Shown here: piece after piece, positions 53,701 to 64,000 of the stretch | Numbering within the stretch: position 1 is the first letter of the stretch | How the letters are laid out: each line of letters opens with the position of its first letter | From: Escherichia coli | Lineage (GTDB): Bacteria; Pseudomonadota; Gammaproteobacteria; Enterobacterales; Enterobacteriaceae | Assembly: GCF_001677475.2 (NCBI RefSeq) | Contig: NZ_CP015229.1 | Strand: one strand, 5' to 3' | Length of the DNA: 64,000 bases | Notes under the pieces: generated by a model | What the model saw: the letters and a program-made list of their open reading frames with translations, nothing else | Told to the model about the DNA's origin: nothing | Database searches by the model: none | Program-made: the position numbers and the translations under genes

Positions 53701-54686
53701 TCCGCGTGGTGGATGACAAAAACAAGAAGCTAAAAGAAGGGCGCTCGCTACAAGATCTGAAAGACGCGCTGAAAGGCAAAGTGCAGGAAACGCTGTCTGC
53801 GGTGGCGGATGACGGTATCGAGCAGAGCGGCTTACATATCTGGAGCTTTGGGCAACTGCCGGAAAGCTATGAGCAGAAGCGCGGCAACTACAAAGTGAAG
53901 GCGTGGCCAGCGTTGGTGGATGAACGCGACAGCGTAGCGATCAAACTGTTTGATAATCCGCTGGAACAGAAGCAAGCGATGTGGAACGGTCTTCGCCGTT
54001 TGCTACTGCTGAATATTCCATCGCCGATCAAGTACTTGCATGAAAAGTTACCAAACAAAGCCAAGTTAGGGCTGTACTTTAACCCGTATGGCAAAGTGCT
54101 GGATCTTATCGACGACTGTATCTCCTGCGGTGTGGATAAATTGATCGATGCCAACGGTGGCCCTGTCTGGACGGAAGAATGCTTTGCTGCGCTGCATGAA
54201 AAAGTGCGTGCCGAACTGAACGATACGGTGGTGGATATTGCGAAGCAGGTCGAGCAAATCCTCACAGCGGTGTTCAATATCAATAAACGCCTTAAAGGGC
54301 GCGTTGATATGACGATGGCGCTGGGACTTTCAGATATCAAAGCGCAGATGGGCGGGCTGGTATATCGCGGTTTTGTCACCGGTAACGGTTTCAAACGTCT
54401 GGGTGACACGCTGCGTTATTTGCAGGCGATTGAAAAACGACTGGAAAAACTGGCGGTTGACCCGCATCGTGACCGTGCACAGATGCTCAAAGTCGAGAAC
54501 GTCCAGCAGGCGTGGCAGCAGTGGATCAACAAACTGCCGCCAGCACGTCGTGAGGATGAAGACGTGAAAGAGATTCGTTGGATGATAGAGGAGTTGCGCG
54601 TCAGTTACTTCGCTCAACAACTTGGTACGCCTTATCCTATTTCTGACAAGCGTATTTTGCAGGCGATGGAGCAGATTAGCGGATAA
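50784..54686 (+). CDS. hrpA: DEAH-box ATP-dependent RNA helicase
   Basis: 1300 aa; Walker A GETGSGKT, DEAH box (IIIDEAHERS). Confidence 0.95.
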   Translation: MTEQQKLTFTALQQRLDSLMLRDRLRFSRRLHGVKKVKNPDAQQAIFQEMAKEIDQAAGKVLLREAARPEITYPDNLPVSQKKQDILEAIRDHQVVIVAGETGSGKTTQLPKICMELGRGIKGLIGHTQPRRLAARTVANRIAEELKTEPGGCIGYKVRFNDHVSDNTMVKLMTDGILLAEIQQDRLLMQYDTIIIDEAHERSLNIDFLLGYLKELLPRRPDLKIIITSATIDPERFSRHFNNAPIIEVSGRTYPVEVRYRPIVEDADDTERDQLQAIFDAVDELGRESAGDILIFMSGEREIRDTADALNKLNLRHTEILPLYARLSNSEQNRVFQSHSGRRIVLATNVAETSLTVPGIKYVIDPGTARISRYSYRTKVQRLPIEPISQASANQRKGRCGRVSEGICIRLYSEDDFLSRPEFTDPEILRTNLASVILQMTALGLGDIAAFPFVEAPDKRNIQDGVRLLEELGAITTDEQASAYKLTPLGRQLSQLPVDPRLARMVLEAQKHGCVREAMIITSALSIQDPRERPMDKQQASDEKHRRFHDKESDFLAFVNLWNYLGEQQKALSSNAFRRLCRTDYLNYLRVREWQDIYTQLRQVVKELGIPVNSEPAEYREIHIALLTGLLSHIGMKDADKQEYTGARNARFSIFPGSGLFKKPPKWVMVAELVETSRLWGRIAARIDPEWVEPVAQHLIKRTYSEPHWERAQGAVMATEKVTVYGLPIVAARKVNYSQIDPALCRELFIRHALVEGDWQTRHAFFRENLKLRAEVEELEHKSRRRDILVDDETLFEFYDQRISHDVISARHFDSWWKKVSRETPDLLNFEKSMLIKEGAEKISKLDYPNFWHQGNLKLRLSYQFEPGADADGVTVHIPLPLLNQVEESGFEWQIPGLRRELIIALIKSLPKPVRRNFVPAPNYAEAFLGRVTPLELPLLDSLERELRRMTGVTVDREDWHWDQVPDHLKITFRVVDDKNKKLKEGRSLQDLKDALKGKVQETLSAVADDGIEQSGLHIWSFGQLPESYEQKRGNYKVKAWPALVDERDSVAIKLFDNPLEQKQAMWNGLRRLLLLNIPSPIKYLHEKLPNKAKLGLYFNPYGKVLDLIDDCISCGVDKLIDANGGPVWTEECFAALHEKVRAELNDTVVDIAKQVEQILTAVFNINKRLKGRVDMTMALGLSDIKAQMGGLVYRGFVTGNGFKRLGDTLRYLQAIEKRLEKLAVDPHRDRAQMLKVENVQQAWQQWINKLPPARREDEDVKEIRWMIEELRVSYFAQQLGTPYPISDKRILQAMEQISG

Positions 54687-54712
54687 CGCTGCAATCTGGT
54701 TGATAAATCTAA

Positions 54713-54746
54713 AACCCGGTAAGCATTTAGCGCCGGGTTTTTTATT
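54713..54746 (+). terminator. Terminator hairpin after hrpA
   Basis: AAACCCGG...CCGGGTTTTTTATT. Confidence 0.55.
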
Positions 54747-54958
54747 AATTCTAAAAACGGTAAGGGAAAAAATTCAGGAGTTCAGAAAAATACAATTCTC
54801 TGCTGCAAGATGAATAATGTTTATCTACAGCATTTCCTTAAAAGATATGTCAGGCTTGCGGAGTGGCGGTTAAGGAAATACGACTTCCTCCTTTCAGAGT
54901 GCTCCGCTTCTCACTATTATCTCACGCAGTATTCTTAAGGGAACGATAAGGAGGAACC

Positions 54959-55759
54959 ATGAACATTACCCCGTTTCCGACGCTTTCGCCGGCAACCATA
55001 GATGCTATAAATGTTATCGGACAGTGGCTGGCGCAGGATGATTTCTCCGGTGAGGTGCCGTATCAGGCCGATTGCGTGATCCTTGCAGGCAATGCGGTTA
55101 TGCCGACTATCGACGCGGCATGTAAGATTGCCCGCGATCAGCAAATTCCTTTACTGATTAGTGGTGGTATCGGTCACTCGACAACTTTTTTGTATAGCGC
55201 CATCGCACAACATCCGCATTACAACACTATCCGCACCACTGGCAGAGCAGAAGCTACCATCCTGGCGGATATCGCTCATCAGTTCTGGCATATTCCGCAT
55301 GAAAAAATCTGGATTGAAGACCAGTCAACAAACTGCGGTGAAAACGCACGCTTTAGCATCGCGCTATTGAATCAGGCCGTAGAACGAGTTCATACGGCTA
55401 TCGTTGTTCAAGACCCCACCATGCAGCGGCGCACGATGGCGACGTTCCGCCGTATGACCGGGGACAATCCCGATGCACCACGTTGGTTAAGTTATCCCGG
55501 ATTCGTTCCTCAGTTAGGAAATAACGCAGACAGTGTAATCTTTGTTAATCCGTTGCAAGGATTATGGCCGGTTGAGCGTTATCTATCACTACTCACTGGC
55601 GAGCTGCCGCGTTTACGCGATGATAGCGATGGCTACGGTCCCCGCGGGCGAGATTTTATCGTTCACGTTGATTTTCCGGCAGAAGTCATTCAGGCATGGC
55701 AAACGCTGAAACATGATGCGGTGCTCATCGAGGCGATGGAAAGTCGCTCGTTACGTTAA
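54959..55759 (+). CDS. ydcF: DUF218-family protein
   Basis: 266 aa; K-12 synteny. Confidence 0.85.
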   Translation: MNITPFPTLSPATIDAINVIGQWLAQDDFSGEVPYQADCVILAGNAVMPTIDAACKIARDQQIPLLISGGIGHSTTFLYSAIAQHPHYNTIRTTGRAEATILADIAHQFWHIPHEKIWIEDQSTNCGENARFSIALLNQAVERVHTAIVVQDPTMQRRTMATFRRMTGDNPDAPRWLSYPGFVPQLGNNADSVIFVNPLQGLWPVERYLSLLTGELPRLRDDSDGYGPRGRDFIVHVDFPAEVIQAWQTLKHDAVLIEAMESRSLR

Positions 55760-55955
55760 AAATTGCCCGTTTGTGAACCACTTGTTTGCAAACGGGCATG
55801 ACTCCTGACTTTTATTTCTGCCTTTTATTCCTTTTACACTTGTTTTTATGAAGCCCTTCACAGAATTGTCCTTTCACGATGCCGTCTCTATGATGATTGA
55901 TGTTAATTAACAATGCATTTACCAAAAACAAACATATAAATCACAGGAGTCGCCC

Positions 55956-57395
55956 ATGTCAGTACCCGTTCAACATCCTATGTATATTGATGGACAGTTT
56001 GTTACCTGGCGTGGAGACGCATGGATTGATGTGGTAAACCCTGCTACTGAGGCTGTCATTTCCCGCATTCCCGATGGTCAGGCCGAGGATGCCCGTAAGG
56101 CAATCGATGCAGCAGAACGTGCACAACCAGAATGGGAAGCGTTGCCTGCTATTGAACGCGCCAGTTGGTTGCGCAAAATCTCCGCCGGGATCCGGGAACG
56201 TGCCAGTGAAATCAGTGCGCTGATTGTCGAAGAAGGGGGCAAGATCCAGCAGCTGGCTGAAGTTGAAGTGGCTTTTACTGCGGACTATATCGATTATATG
56301 GCGGAGTGGGCACGCCGTTATGAAGGCGAGATTATTCAAAGCGATCGTCCAGGAGAAAATATTCTTCTGTTTAAACGTGCGCTTGGCGTGACTACCGGCA
56401 TTCTGCCGTGGAACTTCCCGTTCTTCCTCATTGCACGCAAAATGGCTCCCGCTCTTTTGACCGGTAATACCATCGTCATTAAACCCAGTGAATTTACGCC
56501 AAACAATGCGATTGCATTCGCCAAAATCGTCGATGAAATAGGCCTTCCGCGCGGCGTGTTTAACCTTGTACTGGGGCGTGGTGAAACCGTTGGGCAAGAA
56601 CTGGCGGGTAACCCAAAGGTCGCAATGGTCAGTATGACAGGCAGCGTCTCTGCAGGTGAGAAGATCATGGCGACTGCGGCGAAAAACATCACCAAAGTGT
56701 GTCTGGAATTGGGTGGTAAAGCACCGGCTATCGTAATGGACGATGCCGATCTTGAACTGGCAGTCAAAGCCATCGTTGATTCACGCGTCATTAATAGTGG
56801 GCAAGTGTGTAACTGTGCAGAACGTGTTTATGTACAGAAAGGCATTTATGATCAGTTCGTCAATCGTCTGGGTGAAGCGATGCAGGCGGTTCAATTTGGT
56901 AACCCCGCTGAACGCAACGACATTGCGATGGGGCCGTTGATTAACGCCGCGGCGCTGGAAAGGGTTGAGCAAAAAGTAGCGCGCGCAGTAGAAGAAGGGG
57001 CGAGAGTGGGGTTGGGTGGCAAAGCGGTAGAGGGGAAAGGATATTATTATCCGCCGACATTGCTGTTGGATGTTCGCCAGGAAATGTCGATTATGCATGA
57101 GGAAACCTTTGGCCCGGTTCTGCCGGTGGTCGCATTTGACACGCTGGAAGATGCTATCTCAATGGCGAATGACAGTGATTACGGCCTGACCTCATCAATC
57201 TATACCCAAAATCTGAACGTCGCGATGAAAGCCATTAAAGGGCTGAAGTTTGGTGAAACTTACATCAACCGTGAAAACTTCGAAGCTATGCAAGGCTTCC
57301 ACGCCGGATGGCGTAAATCCGGTATTGGCGGCGCAGATGGTAAACATGGCCTGCATGAATATCTGCAGACCCAGGTGGTTTATTTACAGTCGTAA
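55956..57395 (+). CDS. aldA: Lactaldehyde / glycolaldehyde dehydrogenase
   Basis: 479 aa ALDH, catalytic Cys in SGQVCNCAERV. Confidence 0.95.
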   Translation: MSVPVQHPMYIDGQFVTWRGDAWIDVVNPATEAVISRIPDGQAEDARKAIDAAERAQPEWEALPAIERASWLRKISAGIRERASEISALIVEEGGKIQQLAEVEVAFTADYIDYMAEWARRYEGEIIQSDRPGENILLFKRALGVTTGILPWNFPFFLIARKMAPALLTGNTIVIKPSEFTPNNAIAFAKIVDEIGLPRGVFNLVLGRGETVGQELAGNPKVAMVSMTGSVSAGEKIMATAAKNITKVCLELGGKAPAIVMDDADLELAVKAIVDSRVINSGQVCNCAERVYVQKGIYDQFVNRLGEAMQAVQFGNPAERNDIAMGPLINAAALERVEQKVARAVEEGARVGLGGKAVEGKGYYYPPTLLLDVRQEMSIMHEETFGPVLPVVAFDTLEDAISMANDSDYGLTSSIYTQNLNVAMKAIKGLKFGETYINRENFEAMQGFHAGWRKSGIGGADGKHGLHEYLQTQVVYLQS

Positions 57396-57405
57396 TGAGT
57401 GGAAG

Positions 57406-57429
57406 AGGCGGAGGTTTTTTCCTCCGCCT
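57406..57429. terminator. Bidirectional terminator between convergent aldA and gapC
   Basis: AGGCGGAGG-TTTTTT-CCTCCGCCT hairpin. Confidence 0.7.
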
Positions 57430-57436
57430 GTGTGCG

Positions 57437-58438
57437 TCAGAGTTTAGCGAATTTTTCGAGGGTGCGAATGAGCTGTGTGACGAAGCCATATTCGTTATCG
57501 TACCAGGCGACCGTTTTCACCAGTTGTAAATCGCCCACGGCGGTAATTTCCGTTTGCGTGGCATCAAACACCGAACCGAAATGGCTGCCAATGATATCGG
57601 AAGAGACTATTTCTTCATCGGTATAACCAAATGACTCGTTATTGTTTGTCGCCTTTTTAAGCGCGTTGTTCACCTCTTCGGCAGTCACTTTTTTTCCGAG
57701 AATCGACACCAGTTCAGTGACCGAACCTGTTTTCACCGGCACGCGTTGCGCATGACCTTTCAGTTTGCCGCTCAGTTCCGGGATCACCAGACCAATGGCT
57801 TTTGCCGCCCCCGTAGTGTGGGGAATGATATTTTCTGCCGCTGCGCGTGAAGCACGTAAATCTTTACCACGCGGGCCATCAACCAGTGACTGGGTGCCAG
57901 TGTAGGCATGAATGGTCGTCATCGTGCCGACTTCTATCCCGAAACTGTCATGCAAGGCTTTGGCCATCGGCGCAAGGCAGTTAGTGGTGCATGACGCCAC
58001 GGAAACAATAGTGTCGTTGCCATCCAGAGTGTCGTCATTGACGTTATAAACGATGGTTTTCATTTCACCGGCAGGGGCGGAAATCAACACCTTCTTCGCG
58101 CCAGCATCAAGATGTGCCTGCGATTTCTCGGCGGAGGTATAAAAGCCAGTACATTCGACAATGATTTCTGCACCTTTCGCTTTCCACGGAATATTTTTAG
58201 CCTCTTTTTCGGCGTAAACCGCGATGCTTTTTCCATCAACGATAAGTGAATCTTCCGTAAAATCAACGCTCCAGGGGAACGGTCCGTAGTTTGAATCATG
58301 TTTCAGCAGGTAGGCGAGAATTTTTGGGGAAGTGAGATCATTAATAGCGACAATGTCTATGTTGCTTTTGACTTCAAGTAATCGACGCAACACCAGTCGA
58401 CCGATACGACCAAAACCGTTAATACCAACTTTACTCAT
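57437..58438 (-). CDS. gapC: Glyceraldehyde-3-phosphate dehydrogenase C (intact ORF)
   Basis: 333 aa uninterrupted GAPDH ORF (catalytic SCTTNC). Confidence 0.9.
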   Translation of the reverse strand: MSKVGINGFGRIGRLVLRRLLEVKSNIDIVAINDLTSPKILAYLLKHDSNYGPFPWSVDFTEDSLIVDGKSIAVYAEKEAKNIPWKAKGAEIIVECTGFYTSAEKSQAHLDAGAKKVLISAPAGEMKTIVYNVNDDTLDGNDTIVSVASCTTNCLAPMAKALHDSFGIEVGTMTTIHAYTGTQSLVDGPRGKDLRASRAAAENIIPHTTGAAKAIGLVIPELSGKLKGHAQRVPVKTGSVTELVSILGKKVTAEEVNNALKKATNNNESFGYTDEEIVSSDIIGSHFGSVFDATQTEITAVGDLQLVKTVAWYDNEYGFVTQLIRTLEKFAKL

Positions 58439-58626
58439 GGTCTTCTCCTGTCAGGAACGTTCGGATGAAAATTGATCCTTTCCAGGCTTAGACCAGGATG
58501 GCGGGATGGGCAATCTACATTCTTGCCGTGAAACGTAACGTACTGAAAATGGGTGAACAATATTTAATGAAATTTTAAGAAAAGCTCGTTATGTTAACAG
58601 CAAATTGTTTTAAAGCAGGAAATGTT

Positions 58627-59157
58627 ATGGAAAATAAATACTCTAGGTTACAAATCAGCATTCACTGGCTGGTCTTTTTGCTGGTTATCGCAGCGTATTG
58701 CGCAATGGAGTTTCGTGGTTTCTTCCCACGTAGCGATCGGCCGCTCATCAACATGATTCATGTTTCCTGTGGCATCACAATTCTCGTGCTGATGATGGTT
58801 CGTCTTTTGTTAAGGCTGAAATACCCAACCCCGCCGATTATACCTAAGCCAAAACCGATGATGACGGGACTGGCGCATTTGGGACATTTGGTGATCTATC
58901 TCCTGTTTATTGCGCTGCCAGTGATTGGTTTGGTGATGATGTATAACCGGGGTAACCCGTGGTTTGCGTTTGGTATAACGATGCCTTATGCATCAGAGGC
59001 CAATTTCGAACGGGTTGATAGCTTAAAGTCGTGGCATGAAACGCTGGCGAATCTGGGATACTTTGTCATCGGGTTGCACGCTGCGGCTGCACTGGCACAC
59101 CACTATTTCTGGAAGGACAACACACTTCTACGCATGATGCCGCGTAAACGTTCCTGA
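58627..59157 (+). CDS. cybB: Cytochrome b561
   Basis: 176 aa from MENKYSRLQISIHWLVFLL...; the ORF-track upstream start at 58591 is rejected. Confidence 0.9.
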   Translation: MENKYSRLQISIHWLVFLLVIAAYCAMEFRGFFPRSDRPLINMIHVSCGITILVLMMVRLLLRLKYPTPPIIPKPKPMMTGLAHLGHLVIYLLFIALPVIGLVMMYNRGNPWFAFGITMPYASEANFERVDSLKSWHETLANLGYFVIGLHAAAALAHHYFWKDNTLLRMMPRKRS

Positions 59158-59401
59158 AGGATATTTAAAGAAAACGCCTGTACTAAAACCGACCCGTGGT
59201 ACAGGCGAAGAATACGGGCCTACATCGGAAGCGCCTATTATATTTATTTGTATGACAAATAAAACCATAATCCTTGTCCATACGTCCATCTGGCTTATCT
59301 TTAATCAATTCACCCGATCTTTGATCTCATCAACGGTATCAAAATAAACCAGCGTATAACGTTAAAATCAAACATAAGATTCGATAAATCATGGAGGTTA
59401 T

Positions 59402-59575
59402 ATGAAAAAACTGGCATTTATCTTGGTTATGGGAACGCTTGTTTCCTTTTATGCCGATGCCGGGCGCAAACCCTGTTCTGGTTCGAAAGGGGGGATCTCA
59501 CACTGTACGGCAGGCGGCAAATTTGTTTGTAATGATGGTTCTATTAGTGCATCGAAAAAAACATGCACTAACTGA
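59402..59575 (+). CDS. ydcA: Small secreted Cys-rich protein YdcA
   Basis: 57 aa ([20 protein letters not shown]...) with SD GGAGG; below the ORF-track cutoff, translated manually. Confidence 0.8.
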   Translation: MKKLAFILVMGTLVSFYADAGRKPCSGSKGGISHCTAGGKFVCNDGSISASKKTCTN

Positions 59576-59646
59576 AGTGTAAAAGGGGTGCCATGAGAAA
59601 ATGAATCCGCTAGTCAGATGCGCGGGGAAAATTCCCGCGCTTGCCC

Positions 59647-59839
<193 letters not shown>

Positions 59840-59854
<15 letters not shown>

Positions 59855-59905
59855 TCGTTGGCCTCGGTTGATAGAAATATCGGTCGGGGCCTTCGTCTTT
59901 CTGAT
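59840..59905 (+). ncRNA. sokB: Putative SokB antisense RNA (coordinates approximate)
   Basis: Expected antisense partner opposite the mokB start/leader; placement by analogy to hok/sok, not by sequence match. Confidence 0.3.
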
Positions 59906-60194
59906 TCCCGGTTAGCCTGAAAACAGAAAGTCTCAGGCACCCGTGAGCATCCTATGTGGTTTCCTTAGGGACGAAAATAATCACCTGACGAAATTGCGTG
60001 CTGTTTTCCAGAATTTTTCGTTATTCGGTTTAGCCAGTTTAATCATTCGTTACTCTCTTCATTCCAATGGCATTAATCTTCTCTGCAATAATTGTTGTAA
60101 AAATGTGACGCAAAGAGGTTTTTGGTCGTAAGTAATTACCGTCAAGTGCCGATGACTTTCTATCAGGAGTAAACCTGGAAGAGAGACAACGGTA

Positions 60195-61835
60195 ATGAAT
60201 ACAACTCCCTCACAGCGATTAGGTTTTTTGCATCACATCAGGCTGGTTCCGTTATTTGCCTGCATTCTTGGCGGTATCTTAGTTCTATTCGCATTAAGTT
60301 CAGCCCTGGCCGGCTATTTCCTTTGGCAGGCCGATCGCGATCAGCGTGATGTTACTGCGGAGATTGAGATTCGGACCGGGTTAGCGAACAGTTCAGATTT
60401 TTTGCGTTCAGCCCGGATCAATATGATTCAGGCCGGTGCTGCGAGTCGTATTGCGGAAATGGAAGCAATGAAGCGAAATATTGCGCAAGCCGAATCGGAG
60501 ATTAAACAGTCGCAGCAAGGTTATCGTGCTTATCAGAAGAGGTCGGTGAAAACACCTGCTGATGAAGCCCTCGACACTGAATTAAATCAACGCTTCCAGG
60601 CTTATATCACGGGTATGCAACCTATGTTGAAATATGCCAAAAATGGCATGTTTGAAGCGATTATCAATCATGAAAGTGAGCAGATCCGACCGCTGGATAA
60701 TGCTTATACCGATATTTTGAACAAAGCCGTTAAGATACGTAGCACCAGAGCCAACCAACTGGCGGAACTGGCCCATCAGCGCACCCGCCTGGGTGGGATG
60801 TTCATGATTGGCGCGTTTGTGCTTGCCCTGGTCATGACGCTGATAACATTTATAGTGCTACGTCGGATCGTCATTCGTCCACTGCAACATGCCGCACAAC
60901 GGATTGAAAAAATCGCCAGTGGCGATTTGACGATGAATGATGAACCGGCGGGTCGTAATGAAATCGGTCGCTTAAGTCGTCATTTACAGCAAATGCAGCA
61001 TTCATTGGGGATGACAGTAGGGACCGTTCGACAGGGCGCGGAAGAGATTTATCGTGGCACCAGCGAAATTTCCGCTGGCAATGCGGACCTGTCATCTCGC
61101 ACCGAAGAACAAGCGTCGGCAATTGAACAAACTGCCGCCAGCATGGAGCAACTCACTGCGACGGTGAAACAGAATGCGGATAACGCGCATCATGCCAGCC
61201 AACTGGCGCAAAAGGCTTCTATTAAAGCCAACGATGGCGGGCAGACGGTTTCCGGTGTAGTAAAAACGATGGGGGCTATCTCCACGAGTTCGAAGAAAAT
61301 TTCTGAGATCACCGCCGTCATCAACAGTATTGCTTTCCAGACGAATATTCTGGCACTGAATGCTGCCGTTGAAGCCGCGCGAGCGGGTGAGCAAGGGCGT
61401 GGATTTGCCGTTGTCGCCAGCGAAGTACGGACACTCGCAAGCCGCAGCGCCCAGGCGGCGAAAGAGATTGAAGGCTTGATCAGTGAATCAGTTAGGTTAA
61501 TTGACCTGGGGTCGGATGAGGTGGCAACGGCAGGGAAAACCATGAGCACTATTGTTGATGCCGTCGCGAGTGTCACACATATCATGCAGGAAATCGCCGC
61601 CGCCTCGGATGAACAAAGCAGAGGCATAACACAGATTAGCCAGGCGATTTCTGAAATGGATAAGGTGACGCAACAGAATGCTTCTCTGGTAGAAGAGGCC
61701 TCAGCGGCGGCGGTGTCCCTTGAAGAACAGGCGGCACGATTAACTGAGGCGGTGGACGTATTCCGTCTGAACAAACATTCTGTGTCGGCAGATCCTCGCG
61801 GAGCTGGTGAACCAGTTAGTTTCGCTACGGTGTGA
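60195..61835 (+). CDS. trg: Methyl-accepting chemotaxis protein III (ribose/galactose sensor)
   Basis: 546 aa; two TM segments, HAMP, highly conserved MCP signalling domain. Confidence 0.95.
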   Translation: MNTTPSQRLGFLHHIRLVPLFACILGGILVLFALSSALAGYFLWQADRDQRDVTAEIEIRTGLANSSDFLRSARINMIQAGAASRIAEMEAMKRNIAQAESEIKQSQQGYRAYQKRSVKTPADEALDTELNQRFQAYITGMQPMLKYAKNGMFEAIINHESEQIRPLDNAYTDILNKAVKIRSTRANQLAELAHQRTRLGGMFMIGAFVLALVMTLITFIVLRRIVIRPLQHAAQRIEKIASGDLTMNDEPAGRNEIGRLSRHLQQMQHSLGMTVGTVRQGAEEIYRGTSEISAGNADLSSRTEEQASAIEQTAASMEQLTATVKQNADNAHHASQLAQKASIKANDGGQTVSGVVKTMGAISTSSKKISEITAVINSIAFQTNILALNAAVEAARAGEQGRGFAVVASEVRTLASRSAQAAKEIEGLISESVRLIDLGSDEVATAGKTMSTIVDAVASVTHIMQEIAAASDEQSRGITQISQAISEMDKVTQQNASLVEEASAAAVSLEEQAARLTEAVDVFRLNKHSVSADPRGAGEPVSFATV

Positions 61836-61872
61836 AAATGTTAAAGGGGGGATCGACAGATCCCTTCACCTT

Positions 61873-62796
61873 TCAGAACGGCATTGATTTTCGAATAGCG
61901 TTAATCATCAACTGGCAACCAGAAGAGAACGTCGCATCTACGCGGGTCAGTATTCCAATCGGTTCGCCTGCACCATGTCCCGGAACAGGCAGGGCCACCA
62001 GAGTGGCATGACGCAGGTCGTCTTTTACAGCGCCAGAAGGGACAAACCACACGTAGTCGTATTCAACCGTAAGTTGACGAGATAGCGAAGCAGACAGCGT
62101 TTCGATACAACCCGAAGGAATTTTACATCCCTGGCTCTGCACTAATGCATCTGAATGCTGGCGTGGCGCAGTGCCTTCTGGTGATACAACGACCGGCCAT
62201 TCCAGCACCCGGCTTAGCGTTACGTTCTCCTGAAGTAGCGGGTGATTAGGGCGGACAACCAGCTTCAGCGATTCAAGAAACAGCAGTTCGTAATTAAGCC
62301 CGGTCATCAGTTCAGGATCTGACATCCGACCAATGCCGATATCGATTTCCCCGGTTTTTAAACCCGCCAGAATCATAGGGTTACTCATTGTCGCAACTTG
62401 CAAGGTCGTCTCTTTTTGTTGCTGATGAAACTGACCTATAACCGAAGGTAATATCCCCAGTGCCGCAGTAGGTAGTGCACCAACCCTGACGACATCATTA
62501 TTAAGACCTTCTTTACGATGAAGCGACTGTCCGGCAGTGTTGATGGCGTCAAGAACTCTGACTGCATGCGTTAAAAATTGCTCGCCGGGTAAGGTAAGTT
62601 GCGCCCCCTGACGACCACGCTCAAACAAGCGAGCGCCCGTCAGCTGCTCCAGTTCATTCAATGTCTTAGAGAGCGCAGGTTGACTCAAATTAAGGGTTTC
62701 AGCCGCGCGCCCCAAAGTTCCTTGTTGTGCGACAGCTACGAATGTATGAAGGTGGCGCAAACGGATGCGCTGACTAAACAGACTATTTTTTTCCAT
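61873..62796 (-). CDS. ydcI: LysR-family transcriptional regulator
   Basis: 307 aa from MEKNSLFSQRIRLRHLHTF...; the 354-aa ORF-track start is rejected. Confidence 0.85.
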   Translation of the reverse strand: MEKNSLFSQRIRLRHLHTFVAVAQQGTLGRAAETLNLSQPALSKTLNELEQLTGARLFERGRQGAQLTLPGEQFLTHAVRVLDAINTAGQSLHRKEGLNNDVVRVGALPTAALGILPSVIGQFHQQQKETTLQVATMSNPMILAGLKTGEIDIGIGRMSDPELMTGLNYELLFLESLKLVVRPNHPLLQENVTLSRVLEWPVVVSPEGTAPRQHSDALVQSQGCKIPSGCIETLSASLSRQLTVEYDYVWFVPSGAVKDDLRHATLVALPVPGHGAGEPIGILTRVDATFSSGCQLMINAIRKSMPF

Positions 62797-63012
62797 AAGC
62801 GATGTTAAAAACGAAGCGGTGTCGCTGACAAGTGAAGTTGTTTGATTATGATAACTTGATTGCAAAATATTATTAACAATTAAAGCAATCATGTTACAAC
62901 AAAATGGATAATATTGATGTTTTCGCGGCGAGATCACAGTTTGTAAATTCTTCCCGCCGGAGTGAATGCGGTTACCTACACTCCAGATTACTGACCACTG
63001 GAGGCAGATACT

Positions 63013-64000
63013 ATGGCGAACAGCATCACGGCGGATGAGATTCGGGAACAGTTTTCGCAGGTAATGTCAGCCATGTACCAGCAAGAAGTTCCGCAGTACG
63101 GCACGCTGCTGGAACTGGTAGCTGATGTGAATCTGGCTGTGCTGGAAAACAATCCTCAACTGCACGAAAAAATGGTAAATGCAGACGAGCTGGCGCGACT
63201 GAATGTTGAACGTCATGGGGCGATTCGCGTTGGGACTGCACAAGAGCTTGCTACTCTTCGGCGGATGTTTGCCATTATGGGGATGTACCCGGTGAGCTAT
63301 TACGATCTCTCGCAGGCGGGGGTGCCGGTACATTCGACAGCATTTCGGCCTATTGATGATGCTTCTCTGGCGCGTAATCCCTTCCGCGTTTTTACTTCAT
63401 TACTCCGACTTGAGCTTATCGAGAACGAAATTTTGCGCCAGAAAGCGGCGGAGATTCTGCGTCAGCGCGATATCTTCACCCCACGTTGTCGACAACTGTT
63501 AGAGGAATATGAGCAGCGGGGCGGTTTTAACGAAACACAGGCACAGGAGTTTGTGCAGGAAGCCCTGGAAACGTTTCGCTGGCACCAGTCAGCAACGGTA
63601 GATGAAGAAACCTATCGCGCCTTGCACAACGAACATCGGTTGATTGCTGATGTGGTCTGTTTTCCTGGATGCCATATCAACCACCTGACGCCACGTACGC
63701 TGGATATTGACCGGGTGCAGTCGATGATGCCTGAATGCGGAATTGAACCCAAAATTCTGATCGAGGGGCCGCCGCGCCGCGAGGTGCCGATTTTACTACG
63801 CCAGACCAGCTTTAAAGCACTGGAAGAGACGGTGTTGTTTGCGGGGCAGAAACAGGGCACGCATACCGCGCGCTTTGGTGAAATAGAGCAGCGTGGCGTG
63901 GCATTAACGCCGAAAGGGCGACAACTGTATGATGATCTTCTGTGTAACGCTGGAACCGGGCAGGATAATCTCACTCACCAAATGCATTTACAGGAAACCT
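63013..64000 (+). CDS. ydcJ: DUF1338-family protein YdcJ, N-terminal part (continues beyond the window)
   Basis: Frame open from ATG 63013 to the window end; K-12 synteny. Confidence 0.8.
   Translation, partial: MANSITADEIREQFSQVMSAMYQQEVPQYGTLLELVADVNLAVLENNPQLHEKMVNADELARLNVERHGAIRVGTAQELATLRRMFAIMGMYPVSYYDLSQAGVPVHSTAFRPIDDASLARNPFRVFTSLLRLELIENEILRQKAAEILRQRDIFTPRCRQLLEEYEQRGGFNETQAQEFVQEALETFRWHQSATVDEETYRALHNEHRLIADVVCFPGCHINHLTPRTLDIDRVQSMMPECGIEPKILIEGPPRREVPILLRQTSFKALEETVLFAGQKQGTHTARFGEIEQRGVALTPKGRQLYDDLLCNAGTGQDNLTHQMHLQET

Noticed and set aside
55959-56791. 212-aa and 151-aa minus-strand ORFs inside aldA
   Set aside because: Antisense to the aldA ORF with conserved ALDH motifs.
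59171-59205. Hairpin CGCCTGTAC...GTACAGGCG downstream of cybB as an intrinsic terminator
   Set aside because: 9-bp stem but a 15-nt loop and no following U-run; may be a REP-like or stability element, not confidently a terminator.
61190-61774. 194-aa minus-strand ORF inside trg
   Set aside because: Antisense to the highly conserved MCP signalling domain; Ala/Ser-rich shadow frame.
62797-62937. 47-codon N-terminal extension of ydcI
   Set aside because: The canonical LysR start MEKNSLFSQRIRLRHLH at 62796 precedes the HTH; the extension is unusual in composition and lacks an RBS.

Overview
This window is Escherichia coli chromosome (non-K-12 arrangement) and consists of two parts. Bases 1-11.4 kb are the right arm of a lambda-like prophage tail module (L', K, I, J, lom, stf, tfa), with an IS21-family element (istA/istB) inserted exactly at the L/K junction. 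The rest is conserved core genome in the order known from E. coli K-12: uspF, ompN, micC sRNA, ydbK, ydbJ, hslJ, ldhA, ydbH-ynbE-ydbL, feaR/feaB/tynA, the complete paaZ/paaABCDEFGHIJK/paaXY phenylacetate cluster, ydbC, ydbD, ynbABCD, azoR, hrpA, ydcF, aldA, gapC, cybB, ydcA, hokB/mokB, trg, ydcI and ydcJ'. Gene names were assigned by reading the ORF translations against remembered E. coli and lambda proteins and by synteny; no database search was run. I found no CRISPR array, tRNA or rRNA, and no convincing evidence of a wholly new system. The most under-characterised content is the ynbABCD lipid-enzyme-like operon, the ydbH-ynbE-ydbL operon, and the mosaic, IS-interrupted prophage tail region with a phased A-tract repeat at its boundary. 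Compared with K-12 as I remember it, the ydbA autotransporter locus is absent, gapC is intact, and pinR/ynaE/ttcC are missing.
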